Of a DNA stretch of 34,623 bases, positions 8,708-17,096 are shown in pieces. The notes below the pieces were generated by a model. That model worked only from the letters and a program-made list of their open reading frames with translations, was not told where the DNA came from and searched no databases. Numbering within the stretch: position 1 is the stretch's first letter; each line of letters begins with the position of its first letter. Made by a program: the position numbers and the translations under genes. The stretch covers positions 1 to 34,623 of the forward strand of contig CAZDGK010000005.1 of NCBI GenBank assembly GCA_964505035.1, in the 5' to 3' direction. The DNA is from an uncultured Candidatus Saccharimonadales bacterium. Lineage in GTDB: Bacteria; Patescibacteriota; Saccharimonadia; UBA4664.

Positions 8708-8920
8708 ATGGCAGAGGACAACGAGGGCCGAAAGCTCAACCCAGTGCAGTTACAAAAGTATCTCAAGGGCATCGACTACCCGGCCGACAAGCAGGAGGTA
8801 GTAAAGACGGCCAAGCAGCAGGAGGCGCCGGAGGAAGTGGTAGACTTTCTGGAGCGACTGCCAATGGAGCGGTTTAACAGCCCAAACGAGGTGAGCGAGG
8901 CGGCCGGCAAGCTGATGTAG
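8708..8920 (+). CDS. DUF2795-family small protein
   Basis: LQKYLKGIDYPADK...A....A..EV...L..LP...F.SP.EV pattern; SD AAGGGGG. Confidence 0.88.
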   Translation: MAEDNEGRKLNPVQLQKYLKGIDYPADKQEVVKTAKQQEAPEEVVDFLERLPMERFNSPNEVSEAAGKLM

Positions 8921-8928
8921 CGGCCGGC

Positions 8929-8957
8929 TTGACTTATTGAAGAGCCGATCCTACAGT
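8929..8957 (+). promoter_or_regulatory. Sigma70-type promoter
   Basis: TTGACT-17 nt-TACAGT upstream of SD AAGGAG and ATG 8979. Confidence 0.65.
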
Positions 8958-8978
8958 TATGCCCAAAGGAGATCGGCG

Positions 8979-9575
8979 ATGAAAGCGCGACGAGGCGAGA
9001 GGGGCCTGATAATTGGTTTGATGGTGTTGGCCCTGGCTCTGGGCGGCTATATTTGGTACCTGAAGGCGCAGCCGGCACCGCAAGCGGCCAAAACCACTCA
9101 GGGCTCCCCTACCCCGGCGGCGGGTGTGGCGACAGCGACGCCAGTGGAGACACCGACGCCCACGCCGGCGATTGGGCGCTGCCATACGGCTGACCTGTCG
9201 GCTACGCTCAAGGCCAGCGATAGTGCCGCCGGGACGAGCTACCAGACATTGGGCCTCGTCAACAAGAGCGGCCATACGTGCTGGGTATACGGCTTCCCGG
9301 GCATTTCGCTGCTAGATGCCAGCGGCAAGCAGCTAGGGCAGCCGGCGGCGCGGTCGGGCGCGGCCACCACGACGGTGACACTGCTGGCCGGTGGCTCGGC
9401 CTACAGCACGCTGGGCTTTCCGAACCCGGGTAACTTTGACCCCGGTACCTGCAGCGCCCAGTCCACGAGCCTAAACATCTACCCGCCCGACGAAACGGCG
9501 GCGATCGTGGTGGCCGACGGGAAGCAGGCTTGCCCTGGTTTCTCGGTGACGGCCCTGAGTCCGACCGCTCCGTAA
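8979..9575 (+). CDS. DUF4232-domain surface protein
   Basis: N-terminal TM, Pro/Thr linker, then C...DL, AAG, N.SG.TC...GFPG..L.D, V.L..G..A and YPPDET motifs. Confidence 0.82.
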   Translation: MKARRGERGLIIGLMVLALALGGYIWYLKAQPAPQAAKTTQGSPTPAAGVATATPVETPTPTPAIGRCHTADLSATLKASDSAAGTSYQTLGLVNKSGHTCWVYGFPGISLLDASGKQLGQPAARSGAATTTVTLLAGGSAYSTLGFPNPGNFDPGTCSAQSTSLNIYPPDETAAIVVADGKQACPGFSVTALSPTAP

Positions 9576-9615
9576 TGTCTTGTGGTCAACGTGAGAAAAC
9601 GCTTATGCTTGGTGC

Positions 9616-10839
9616 ATGGGCAAAGATACTCTGACTCCGATGAAGCCGGTGCGACCGGTCCGAAACAAGTGGCTGCGGTGGGCGGTGCCGGCTGTAGCGA
9701 TTGTGGCGCTGGGGGTGGTTGGTGTGGTGGGCTGGAAGCTTTACCAAAGCCACAATCCGTTTGTGGACACCACTCACCCGCCGCAGTTTGTGACGGCGGA
9801 CTTTATTGATTTATCGAAGATCTTTAGCATTTCCAAGTTCCGGTCGTTGCAGGGGCACGATTTTTCGGGTGGGGGTGAGACCTGCCGGAGCATGAAGCAT
9901 TATGTGGTGCCGCAGCACACCCAGGCCATGGGTGAGCTGGTGGCGCAGAACGGTGGCATTCCGCCCAAGCCGGATGGCAAGACTGACGTGGACATTTTTA
10001 GCCCGTTTGATGGCCAGATTACCCGCATTGACCAGGAGCGCACGCCGGTGGGCGAGCAGATTTACCTGCGGCCGGATACGGCGCCGGCCTTTGAGCTGCG
10101 GCTGTTCCACGTGTTTAAGGTGGACGGGATCAAGGTGGGGGCGCACGTGAAGGCCGGGCAAAAGCTGGGCGTGATTTCGTCGTACTCGGACACGGATATT
10201 TCGGTGGAGGGCGGCGGTAAGTTTATCTCGGTGTTCCAGGTGATGACGGATAAGGTATTTGCGGAGTACCAGGCGCGGGGCGCCCAGACGCGCGACGACT
10301 TCATTATTAGTCGCGAGTACCGGGATGCGCACGCGGTGACGTGTGACCAAAGCAAAACCGGTAGCCAGAAGTTTGATTTGCCGGCGAATTATGATCCGGC
10401 CAGCGAAGAGGTGCACCTGAGCGGCTATGTGGCGCCGCAGCAGCAGCCGACGGGCAATGCCCAAAAAGGCAGTGGGCACCCGCTAGTGATCACGCAATGG
10501 GGCGTGCAGTTTGCGGTGGATGGCGTGTTGTCTAACCTGCAATACCAGATAATCGATGGCGCGGTGAAGTTCTACACCCCAGAGCTGTATCCGAAATACC
10601 AAGCTTGCGGACCTACAGGAGGCTTGGGGGCGCTGAGCCGCGTCGCCGCATCGGCTGACACCGGCTCCGCAACTGCCATCAAGGCCGGTTCAATTGGTGG
10701 CTACAATTACTACTACACTGCCGCCCAACAGCCCTGCGTGCAGAATGCCGCCGCTGCGTCTGACGAGCAATTGGAACAAGACCAGCACAACATGCTGATC
10801 ACTAGCATGCGAGATCTGACGCTCAAAGCTGCGCAATAA
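9616..10839 (+). CDS. Membrane-anchored protein with M23-like (barrel-sandwich hybrid) region plus an extra C-terminal domain
   Basis: TM anchor; IFSPFDGQI, LFHV and GAHVKAGQKLG resemble the M23 fold, but there is no canonical HxxxD/HxH pair. Confidence 0.6.
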   Translation: MGKDTLTPMKPVRPVRNKWLRWAVPAVAIVALGVVGVVGWKLYQSHNPFVDTTHPPQFVTADFIDLSKIFSISKFRSLQGHDFSGGGETCRSMKHYVVPQHTQAMGELVAQNGGIPPKPDGKTDVDIFSPFDGQITRIDQERTPVGEQIYLRPDTAPAFELRLFHVFKVDGIKVGAHVKAGQKLGVISSYSDTDISVEGGGKFISVFQVMTDKVFAEYQARGAQTRDDFIISREYRDAHAVTCDQSKTGSQKFDLPANYDPASEEVHLSGYVAPQQQPTGNAQKGSGHPLVITQWGVQFAVDGVLSNLQYQIIDGAVKFYTPELYPKYQACGPTGGLGALSRVAASADTGSATAIKAGSIGGYNYYYTAAQQPCVQNAAAASDEQLEQDQHNMLITSMRDLTLKAAQ

Positions 10840-10882
10840 CGAGCCGAGCGGGCAGTAGCTATGAAGGCGGGTGGACGCTGGC

Positions 10883-11992
10883 TTAGGGGGTGATAACCTC
10901 GCCATCATTCCATTTATTGTTCTGCCAAACCATACCAGGCCGGGTTTGGTCGAAGTCGCTGATAGGGCCGTACAGGGCGCAGTATTGGTTATCGGGGGTT
11001 GGACCTTTGGTAAAGATGTTGTTGGTAAAGCTGACGTTATATGACTGGCCGCTGTAGGTTTTGCCATTGGTGCTGCCACCGTAGGCGCAAAAGGCGGCGT
11101 ATTGAGTGGGCGGAAACAGGTTGTGGTTGATGTACACGTCGTGGATGATCGCAAAGTCTGGATAGCCAGTGAGGCTGGCGGAACACGAACCTTCGGGGTC
11201 GGGCTGCACGGGTGCGTCGCAAACAATAGTGTTGTGGGTGACGTGGGTATCCTGCTCGAATCTGATGGCGCTGGCATGCCAATTGTCTTGGATTTTTTGC
11301 CCGTGCACGTATGAATCAAGGATGGTGCAGTTGCTGGAGCAGTACATGCCCCGGTTGCCGCCAGTGACATTGACGCGGGTGGCGGTGTAGTTGCTGGACT
11401 GAATGCCCGTTACCTGCCGGGTTGCGCCAGGTGTGGCATTGATGGTGCTGTCGGTAACGGTGAAAGCCGCGTCACTGCCTTCGTTGCTGACGGTGCCGTT
11501 GATTTGGCTGTTGCTGATGGTGACGCCGGCGGCTTGGATCGTGAGGTCACAGCTGATGGTTTTGGCGTTTATGACGGTGCTGGGTGTGGTGATGGTGCAG
11601 GGGCCGGTGTAGGCCGAGAGGACGGTGCCGGCCGGAACGCCGGTGTTGCCCGCGCCCGGCCAGCACGTGCCCGTGCCGTCCGGGCCGCCGGGGACGTGAT
11701 TGGCGGCGCCGCCGCAGCCGGGCGCGGGGGTGGGTGTGGGCGTCGGGGTTGGCGTGGCGGTGGGCGTTGGAGTTGGGGTGACGCCGAACACTAGCATTCG
11801 TCCGCCGATGGCTCCGGCCTGGGTCTTGACGGAGGCGTTGCCGCTAATGGTGCCGTCGGGAGGCAAGAACGAGGCGGCCGGGCCGGCGGCAAAGATGCGC
11901 ACGACGACGTAGCCCAGAATTACCGCGAAACCAATAGCCGGAAGCGTGTGCCAGCGTTTGAGCTTGACGGCGGGGCCTGGTCCAAATTTCAT
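10883..11992 (-). CDS. Secreted or anchored right-handed beta-helix (pectate-lyase-like) protein with a PT linker
   Basis: True start ATG 11992 (6 nt after TACAAT); the track's upstream extension overlaps a real + gene. TM, (PT)n linker, CWPGAGNTGVPAG, then repeated V.I.NS.I / .N.F beta-helix turns. Confidence 0.75.
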   Translation of the reverse strand: MKFGPGPAVKLKRWHTLPAIGFAVILGYVVVRIFAAGPAASFLPPDGTISGNASVKTQAGAIGGRMLVFGVTPTPTPTATPTPTPTPTPAPGCGGAANHVPGGPDGTGTCWPGAGNTGVPAGTVLSAYTGPCTITTPSTVINAKTISCDLTIQAAGVTISNSQINGTVSNEGSDAAFTVTDSTINATPGATRQVTGIQSSNYTATRVNVTGGNRGMYCSSNCTILDSYVHGQKIQDNWHASAIRFEQDTHVTHNTIVCDAPVQPDPEGSCSASLTGYPDFAIIHDVYINHNLFPPTQYAAFCAYGGSTNGKTYSGQSYNVSFTNNIFTKGPTPDNQYCALYGPISDFDQTRPGMVWQNNKWNDGEVITP

Positions 11993-12031
11993 ATGGTTAT
12001 TGTAGCTTAATTGTTTGATAGCATAGGAACT

Positions 12032-12769
12032 ATGAAATGGTTGGCGCAGAACAGAATTCGGGTTTTGGGACTGGCACTGGCGGTGATGTGGCCGGCCGCG
12101 AGCGCGCGAGCGGCAATTGAGATTTACACGGTGTCGCCTCCGGGGGTGTTTGCCAAGACCGGGAGCGAGACGAACATTCACCAAGTTTGCACGCTGGGTG
12201 AGGCGCTGAATTTGATATTGGATGATGCGGGCGTCAATGAGATTGCCTTTCACGATCCGATTGTCGACATGTGCAAAGACGATACGATTTCGAACCTGGA
12301 CCAGTATGTGAAGCTGGATACCGTCGGCGAGGTGACCGTGAAGTCTGACCAGCTGACGTATCTGCACAACCAGCAGGGCGACATCACGATGCGAGGGCTG
12401 CCTTATGACCAGGAGCCGGACGTGCTGGTGGACGGTCAGCCGGCGACGAGCGCGGACGTGGGCAACAAGCAGTGGGACGGGGCACAGCATACGCTGAAAT
12501 TTACGGCCAAGCATTTTAGTACCTACAAGGCGGTGGCTAAGGGCGGGGCGGGTGCGAGTACAGCGACGCCAGCAGCCCAGCAGAGACAAGCTGGCGCGCT
12601 GGCGACTGGCGGGCTATTGGTGTGGGGGCTGGCGGGGATCGGGCTGGTAACTGTGATGGTGCTGGCGATTGCCCGGATGGCGCGCCCGAAGCCGGCGGCG
12701 GCTGACCCGGAGCCAGCAGACGGCCCGGAGCCCGAAGGCGAAATAGAGCCGGGAACTGGCGACCAGTAG
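12032..12769 (+). CDS. Hypothetical surface protein with signal peptide and C-terminal TM anchor
   Basis: AxA-type signal peptide, beta-rich domain ending KHFSTY, TM helix, acidic Pro-rich tail. ATG lies 7 nt after TGaTAGCAT. Confidence 0.8.
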   Translation: MKWLAQNRIRVLGLALAVMWPAASARAAIEIYTVSPPGVFAKTGSETNIHQVCTLGEALNLILDDAGVNEIAFHDPIVDMCKDDTISNLDQYVKLDTVGEVTVKSDQLTYLHNQQGDITMRGLPYDQEPDVLVDGQPATSADVGNKQWDGAQHTLKFTAKHFSTYKAVAKGGAGASTATPAAQQRQAGALATGGLLVWGLAGIGLVTVMVLAIARMARPKPAAADPEPADGPEPEGEIEPGTGDQ

Positions 12770-12803
12770 GCTCGAAGCATAAGCACTATGCTATGCTGGG
12801 GGC

Positions 12804-14234
12804 ATGGAAACACCCGAAGCCACACCACCCGAATCAAAGCCTGAAGCCACGCCGAAGCCCAAGAAGGCCGGCTTTAACCTCAAACCGTGGCAATGGGCGG
12901 TGGCTAGTGTAGGCGCGGTAGTACTGGTGGGCGGCGGAGCGCTGGCGGTGATGATGGTGACGGGGCACAGTCCGATCAAGGATCTGAAGCAAGGTAACTT
13001 GCCGAGCAAGAATGCGGCCGGGCAGACGGTGACGTACGACAAGCAGGCATCGGTGCAATTGACCAGCGGGAAGTGTGAGGGCGTGGGCAGTGTCCCGATA
13101 ACGGCGCCGATGCCTATCGCCCAGATTGGCTCAATTCAGCCGTATGGTTTGATGGTGGGCGGACACGTGACGCCGGTGGACCACCAGTACTACATTGGGC
13201 TGGACGGCCGGGCGTTGCGCGACACCTACGATGTGGTGGCGCCGGCGGACGGCTGGTTGGTGGCGATTCAGCACCGTGGTGATAAGTACAACACGCCAGC
13301 CCACACGGTGGACGTGCCATCAAGCGATGAGTACCGGCTGGTGTTTTCGCATACCTGCAGCTTCTTGACCTACGTGGACCTCGTGACATCCTTGAGCGAT
13401 CAGGTGAAGGCGGCGATGCCGGGCTACGACCCGCGCACGGGCAACGGCTTTAAGCCATTCAAGGTGACGAAGGGTGAGATTATTGGCCACATTGGCGGGC
13501 AGACGCTGGACTTTGCGGTGTGGGATCTGAGTCAGACTCCCCTACCCTTTATTGCCCGCAATGCTTACGACAATGCCGAGTCGTGGAAGGTGTTTACGGC
13601 GCCGACTACGAAGTATCTGGACCCAGCCATCAAGGACGCGGTGGTGGCCAAATACATCCGGACGGCCGACCCAGTGGACGGACTGGTGTGCTATGACCAA
13701 GACGGCAAGCTGGTGGGTACATGGTTTGCGGCCGGGACGAATGGATATCTGGGTGCGACAGCGCAGGGCCCGAACCCTGGGTACTGGCGCGGGCATTTGA
13801 GCTTTGCGCCCAACTATATTGACCCGTCGGCCTGGATGGTGTCGATTGGTAACTATCCGGGAGTGATACCCGGAGCGTCGACAGATCCGAACGCCAAGAA
13901 CGCCAACGCTCAACAGTTTGGCATAAAGGGCAATGGGCCGGACCCGACGACGATTACGCCCAGCTCGGGAATGGTGAAGTATGAGCTGGTGCAGCAGGAG
14001 CTGACGACGCCGGACGGGCAGCGCTGGATGGGTGACTTTGCGCACGGCGTGAAGGCCGAGAACGCTCCGACGGTGCGAGGCACACTACTGGTACAGATGA
14101 CGGGCAAGCGTGAACTGAAGGTGGAAGTGTTCCCCGACAAGCTGGCGGCCGAGGTGAGTGGGTTTGATAGCGGCGCCAAGACCTACAACCGGGGCGAAGA
14201 CGCCACCACACCCGCCAGCAACACCGCGCATTAG
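12804..14234 (+). CDS. Membrane-anchored protein with a degenerate M23-like region
   Basis: TM anchor; GHVTPVDH, VVAPADG.L, VTKGEIIG.IGG, and TLDF where M23 has HLHF. Confidence 0.6.
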   Translation: METPEATPPESKPEATPKPKKAGFNLKPWQWAVASVGAVVLVGGGALAVMMVTGHSPIKDLKQGNLPSKNAAGQTVTYDKQASVQLTSGKCEGVGSVPITAPMPIAQIGSIQPYGLMVGGHVTPVDHQYYIGLDGRALRDTYDVVAPADGWLVAIQHRGDKYNTPAHTVDVPSSDEYRLVFSHTCSFLTYVDLVTSLSDQVKAAMPGYDPRTGNGFKPFKVTKGEIIGHIGGQTLDFAVWDLSQTPLPFIARNAYDNAESWKVFTAPTTKYLDPAIKDAVVAKYIRTADPVDGLVCYDQDGKLVGTWFAAGTNGYLGATAQGPNPGYWRGHLSFAPNYIDPSAWMVSIGNYPGVIPGASTDPNAKNANAQQFGIKGNGPDPTTITPSSGMVKYELVQQELTTPDGQRWMGDFAHGVKAENAPTVRGTLLVQMTGKRELKVEVFPDKLAAEVSGFDSGAKTYNRGEDATTPASNTAH

Positions 14235-15070
14235 AGCTGCCCGGGCCGAAACCCGGCTAGCTCTTTGGCGTATTGGGTGGGAGTTTTGCCCATAACCTGC
14301 TTAAAGTCATTCACGAAATGGGACTGGTCGGCATAGCCCAGCTCGGCTGCGATGTGTGTCCAATTGGGAGCAGAGTTGATGAGCGCCAGGCGGGCGGCCT
14401 CTTGGAGACGGCAGCGCATAATGATCCATTTGAGGCCTGCGCCCACATGAGTCTGAAACAGATGCTGGAGCGTGCGTTCACTGAGATTGAATATAGGCAG
14501 CACTTCCTGCACAGTGCGAATGGATGGATCGTCCACTACCGCTTGGATGATGGAGGCGACGCGCCGGAGGTTGGCATCGACAGCGGGGCGATGTTCCAGC
14601 AACAGGGCCTCCAGCCGTGCTACTATGTCGGCGTCCAGGTGACCCGTGAGCTGGCGCCGAAAGTCCGGCCCGGTGCCCCGAAACACGCGCACCGCCGGCA
14701 GAGTGCGGTCGGTGAGAGCGGTCATGGTGTGCGGCCAAAAGGCACGGAAGCCGCCGGGGGTGAATTTGACCGCGGCGATGACACCCCGGCCTCGTACCTC
14801 GTATTCATACTTGCCGGTGGTGACGCCTGTGAGCCAGCCGCGGTCGGCGCGAAACGCCAGATTGACGCAGGCATCGGGCAGAATCTCGGCGGTGTAGCGC
14901 TGGCCAGGTTCTAGGCTCCAGCGTGAAATCCAATAATATTCCACAAACGGCGCTAGCGCCGCCGAGGGCAGGTAGCGTTCAACCCGAAAGTGCTGCGCGG
15001 CCCGCACGGGGTCTAGCAGAGCCTTGAGCTCGGGCAGGGCGTTTGCGGATTTTTGCAAGCGTTTGGCCAT
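14231..15070 (-). CDS. AraC-family transcriptional regulator (DUF6597-type N-terminus)
   Basis: PS..L.PFVEYYW and ILPDAC N-terminus; SERTLQHLF...G and IAAELGYADQSHFVNDFK..G.TP double HTH. Confidence 0.92.
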   Translation of the reverse strand: MAKRLQKSANALPELKALLDPVRAAQHFRVERYLPSAALAPFVEYYWISRWSLEPGQRYTAEILPDACVNLAFRADRGWLTGVTTGKYEYEVRGRGVIAAVKFTPGGFRAFWPHTMTALTDRTLPAVRVFRGTGPDFRRQLTGHLDADIVARLEALLLEHRPAVDANLRRVASIIQAVVDDPSIRTVQEVLPIFNLSERTLQHLFQTHVGAGLKWIIMRCRLQEAARLALINSAPNWTHIAAELGYADQSHFVNDFKQVMGKTPTQYAKELAGFRPGQL

Positions 15071-15109
15071 GGTTTGAGCGTATTATAGCCCGGTTAAGGA
15101 GTACCTGAT

Positions 15110-15544
15110 ATGTCAACCACTTTTACCGCTACCAAGAGTCTTGTGATTAACGCTCGTCCCGCCCGGGTGTGGGCTTCGCTGACCGAACCAGCATTGGTAA
15201 AGCAGATTATGTATGGCGCCGAGGTGGTCTCGGACTGGAAGGTGGGCAGCCCGTTGCTCTATCGCGGGACGTGGGAGGGCAAGCCGTTTGAGGATAAGGG
15301 CACCATTCTGAAAATTGAACCTAACAAGCTCCTGAAGGCCACTTACTTTAGTGAATTCAGCGGATTGGAGGACAAGCCAGAGAATTATAATGTGGTGACG
15401 TACGAGCTGGCCGAGGCCGGTGGTGGCACCAAGCTCACGGTGACGCAGGAGAACTGCCCCAGCCAGGAGAGCGCGGACCATTCAACCAAGAACTGGGAAA
15501 GGGTGTTGGAAACGACGAAGGAGTTGCTAGAAAAGTCTGCTTAG
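15110..15544 (+). CDS. SRPBCC/AHSA1-like ligand-binding protein
   Basis: INA.P.RVW..LT.P, SDWKVGS, G.IL.IEP, TKLTVTQ...W..VL pattern; SD AAGGAG; divergent from the AraC gene. Confidence 0.9.
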   Translation: MSTTFTATKSLVINARPARVWASLTEPALVKQIMYGAEVVSDWKVGSPLLYRGTWEGKPFEDKGTILKIEPNKLLKATYFSEFSGLEDKPENYNVVTYELAEAGGGTKLTVTQENCPSQESADHSTKNWERVLETTKELLEKSA

Positions 15545-15558
15545 CGCAGCGCATTAGA

Positions 15559-15587
15559 TTGACCGCAGTCGCAAAAAATGTTATTGT
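15559..15587 (+). promoter_or_regulatory. Sigma70-type promoter with extended -10
   Basis: TTGACC-17 nt-TATTGT preceded by TG. Confidence 0.65.
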
Positions 15588-15638
15588 GTGACCTGCGTTT
15601 CAGTCACAATTCTTCCCGACCATGGATTGGAGTTGATT

Positions 15639-15986
15639 GTGAAGGTTCTCATCGTCGAGGACGACGCTGGCGTACGCCTGCGATACCGGGAGGCTTGCCC
15701 GGCCGGCACTGAGGTGCTGGAAGCGGACAACCTGGACATGGCTATCAAGCTCTTCCTGGAGCACGAGGCCACCACCGATGTGATCATCGTGGACGGCTGC
15801 GTGCCGGGCGACGAGATCAACACCCTGCCATTCATCCGGAGTGCGCGGAGGCGGGGCTACGGCGGCACGATGATCGCCGCCTCCAGCTCCAGCCTCTACC
15901 GCGAGCAGATGGTGGCAGCCGGGTGCGACGGCCAGAGCGACAAACGGTCGCTGCCGACGCTGCTGCCAGCTCTGCTGGCGGCTTAA
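15639..15986 (+). CDS. Single-domain response regulator (receiver)
   Basis: GTG start after GGAG; KVLIVEDD, IIVDG (phospho-acceptor Asp), MIAASS, AGCD...DK. Confidence 0.8.
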   Translation: MKVLIVEDDAGVRLRYREACPAGTEVLEADNLDMAIKLFLEHEATTDVIIVDGCVPGDEINTLPFIRSARRRGYGGTMIAASSSSLYREQMVAAGCDGQSDKRSLPTLLPALLAA

Positions 15987-16009
15987 CCCCGCCTCACGGC
16001 AAACGCCCC

Positions 16010-16048
16010 CGACCTCCGAGCTGAACCTGGCTCGGGGGTCGATTTGTC
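16010..16048 (+). terminator. Intrinsic terminator-like hairpin
   Basis: CGACCTCCGAGC-8 nt-GCTCGGGGGTCG followed by ATTTGTC. Confidence 0.6.
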
Positions 16049-16161
16049 TCTGGATTAATGTGCCCACAGGAAAGCCTTTAATTTTGTCTGTCAAAGGTGT
16101 ATAAACGTATTTACATCTCGGCCGAACAGCGGCTGACATGAGCACGAAGGAGTGTGAACTC

Positions 16162-16329
16162 ATGGCCAAGAGCAACGACGCGGCCGCGCAAGCGGCAGCA
16201 GAGGCGGCGGCTAAGGCAGCGGCTCAAGCGGAGGCGGCGCGAGTCGAGCAGGCCCGCATCACCGCGGCCGCTCAACTGGCCGCTCAGCAAGCGCGCGCCC
16301 GCAGTGGCGGTGGCGCAAGCAGCAACTGA
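16162..16329 (+). CDS. Small Ala-rich helical peptide (55 aa)
   Basis: SD AAGGAG, ATG 16162, AT-rich upstream region and a terminator downstream; 25 of 55 residues are Ala. Confidence 0.65.
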   Translation: MAKSNDAAAQAAAEAAAKAAAQAEAARVEQARITAAAQLAAQQARARSGGGASSN

Positions 16330-16367
16330 CCCACCCGCCGGCTCAAGCCAGCAACTCCCAACTGCAA

Positions 16368-16400
16368 CCGGCCCCAGTATTTGGGGCCGGCGTTTTATTT
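16368..16400 (+). terminator. Intrinsic terminator
   Basis: CCGGCCCCA-GTATT-TGGGGCCGG followed by CGTTTTATTT. Confidence 0.8.
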
Positions 16401-16412
16401 GGCGGACACAGC

Positions 16413-17015
16413 CTAGAGGAGGGTGCGCCAGTAATACCAGAACTGGACGAGAACGGCGATAAGGATGACGAGATAGCCGAGCACAACGATGAGGTGCCGG
16501 TAGGTTTGGAGCGGGCGGATAACCGGTGCCAGGAGAGGCGGCGTGGGCCAGACCCCGGCGCGGAGGTTGCGCAGTGTGGTGTACCAAAACACCGCCAGCG
16601 TGACTACCCACACGACCATGCACCACGGACAGAGGGCGTGGATGACGTAGATGGACTGGAAGGCTAGCCAGAGCACGAAGATGGCGCCTAGGGCCGAGCC
16701 GGCGTTGAAGAGGCGCCAATACCAAGGCCGGAAGGTAGCGCCGGCTAGCAGGCTGAAACCGACCACCATGACGGCCGCGAAGCAGATGAGGCCAAACCAC
16801 GAATTGGGCAGGCCAAAGGCGGCGGCCTGGGCGGTCTTCATGACTGATCCGCAGCTGATGACTGGATTGAGACTGCAGGCGGGGGTATAGGCTGGGTTGG
16901 CCAATGATTGGAACTTGTCGTAGGTGATCTCGATGGAGGCTAGCAGCCCAAAGGCGCCGGCTACAACAAGCAGCCAGGAGTAGGCGCGGCCATGAGCGGG
17001 AGCAGGAGTATTCAT
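16413..17015 (-). CDS. Vitamin K epoxide reductase (VKOR) family disulfide-bond formation protein
   Basis: CSLNPVISCGSV loop cysteines, FGLPN, CPWC active site, multiple TMs. Confidence 0.93.
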   Translation of the reverse strand: MNTPAPAHGRAYSWLLVVAGAFGLLASIEITYDKFQSLANPAYTPACSLNPVISCGSVMKTAQAAAFGLPNSWFGLICFAAVMVVGFSLLAGATFRPWYWRLFNAGSALGAIFVLWLAFQSIYVIHALCPWCMVVWVVTLAVFWYTTLRNLRAGVWPTPPLLAPVIRPLQTYRHLIVVLGYLVILIAVLVQFWYYWRTLL

Positions 17016-17096
17016 CGCGCACAGTATAGCAGAATGGCCTGAGAGCGGGCTGTGATCTTGCCCGGGAGGGCGCGGGCGGCTACCATAAGAATAGAG

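Noticed and set aside
11723-11785. Tandem hexamer-like repeats
   Set aside because: They encode a (PT)n linker with varied codons; not a CRISPR array or VNTR element.
11993-12589. N-terminal 199-aa extension of track ORF 10883..12589
   Set aside because: It is antisense to the real gene 12032..12769; the true start is ATG 11992.
16122-16137. CCGAA-N6-CTGAC, resembling a second LexA box upstream of the Ala-rich peptide
   Set aside because: Two mismatches in the second half-site; not distinguishable from chance without a genome-derived weight matrix.
16111-17022. 303-aa minus-strand ORF overlapping VKOR
   Set aside because: Arg/Pro-rich alternate frame with no motifs; the VKOR frame explains the region.
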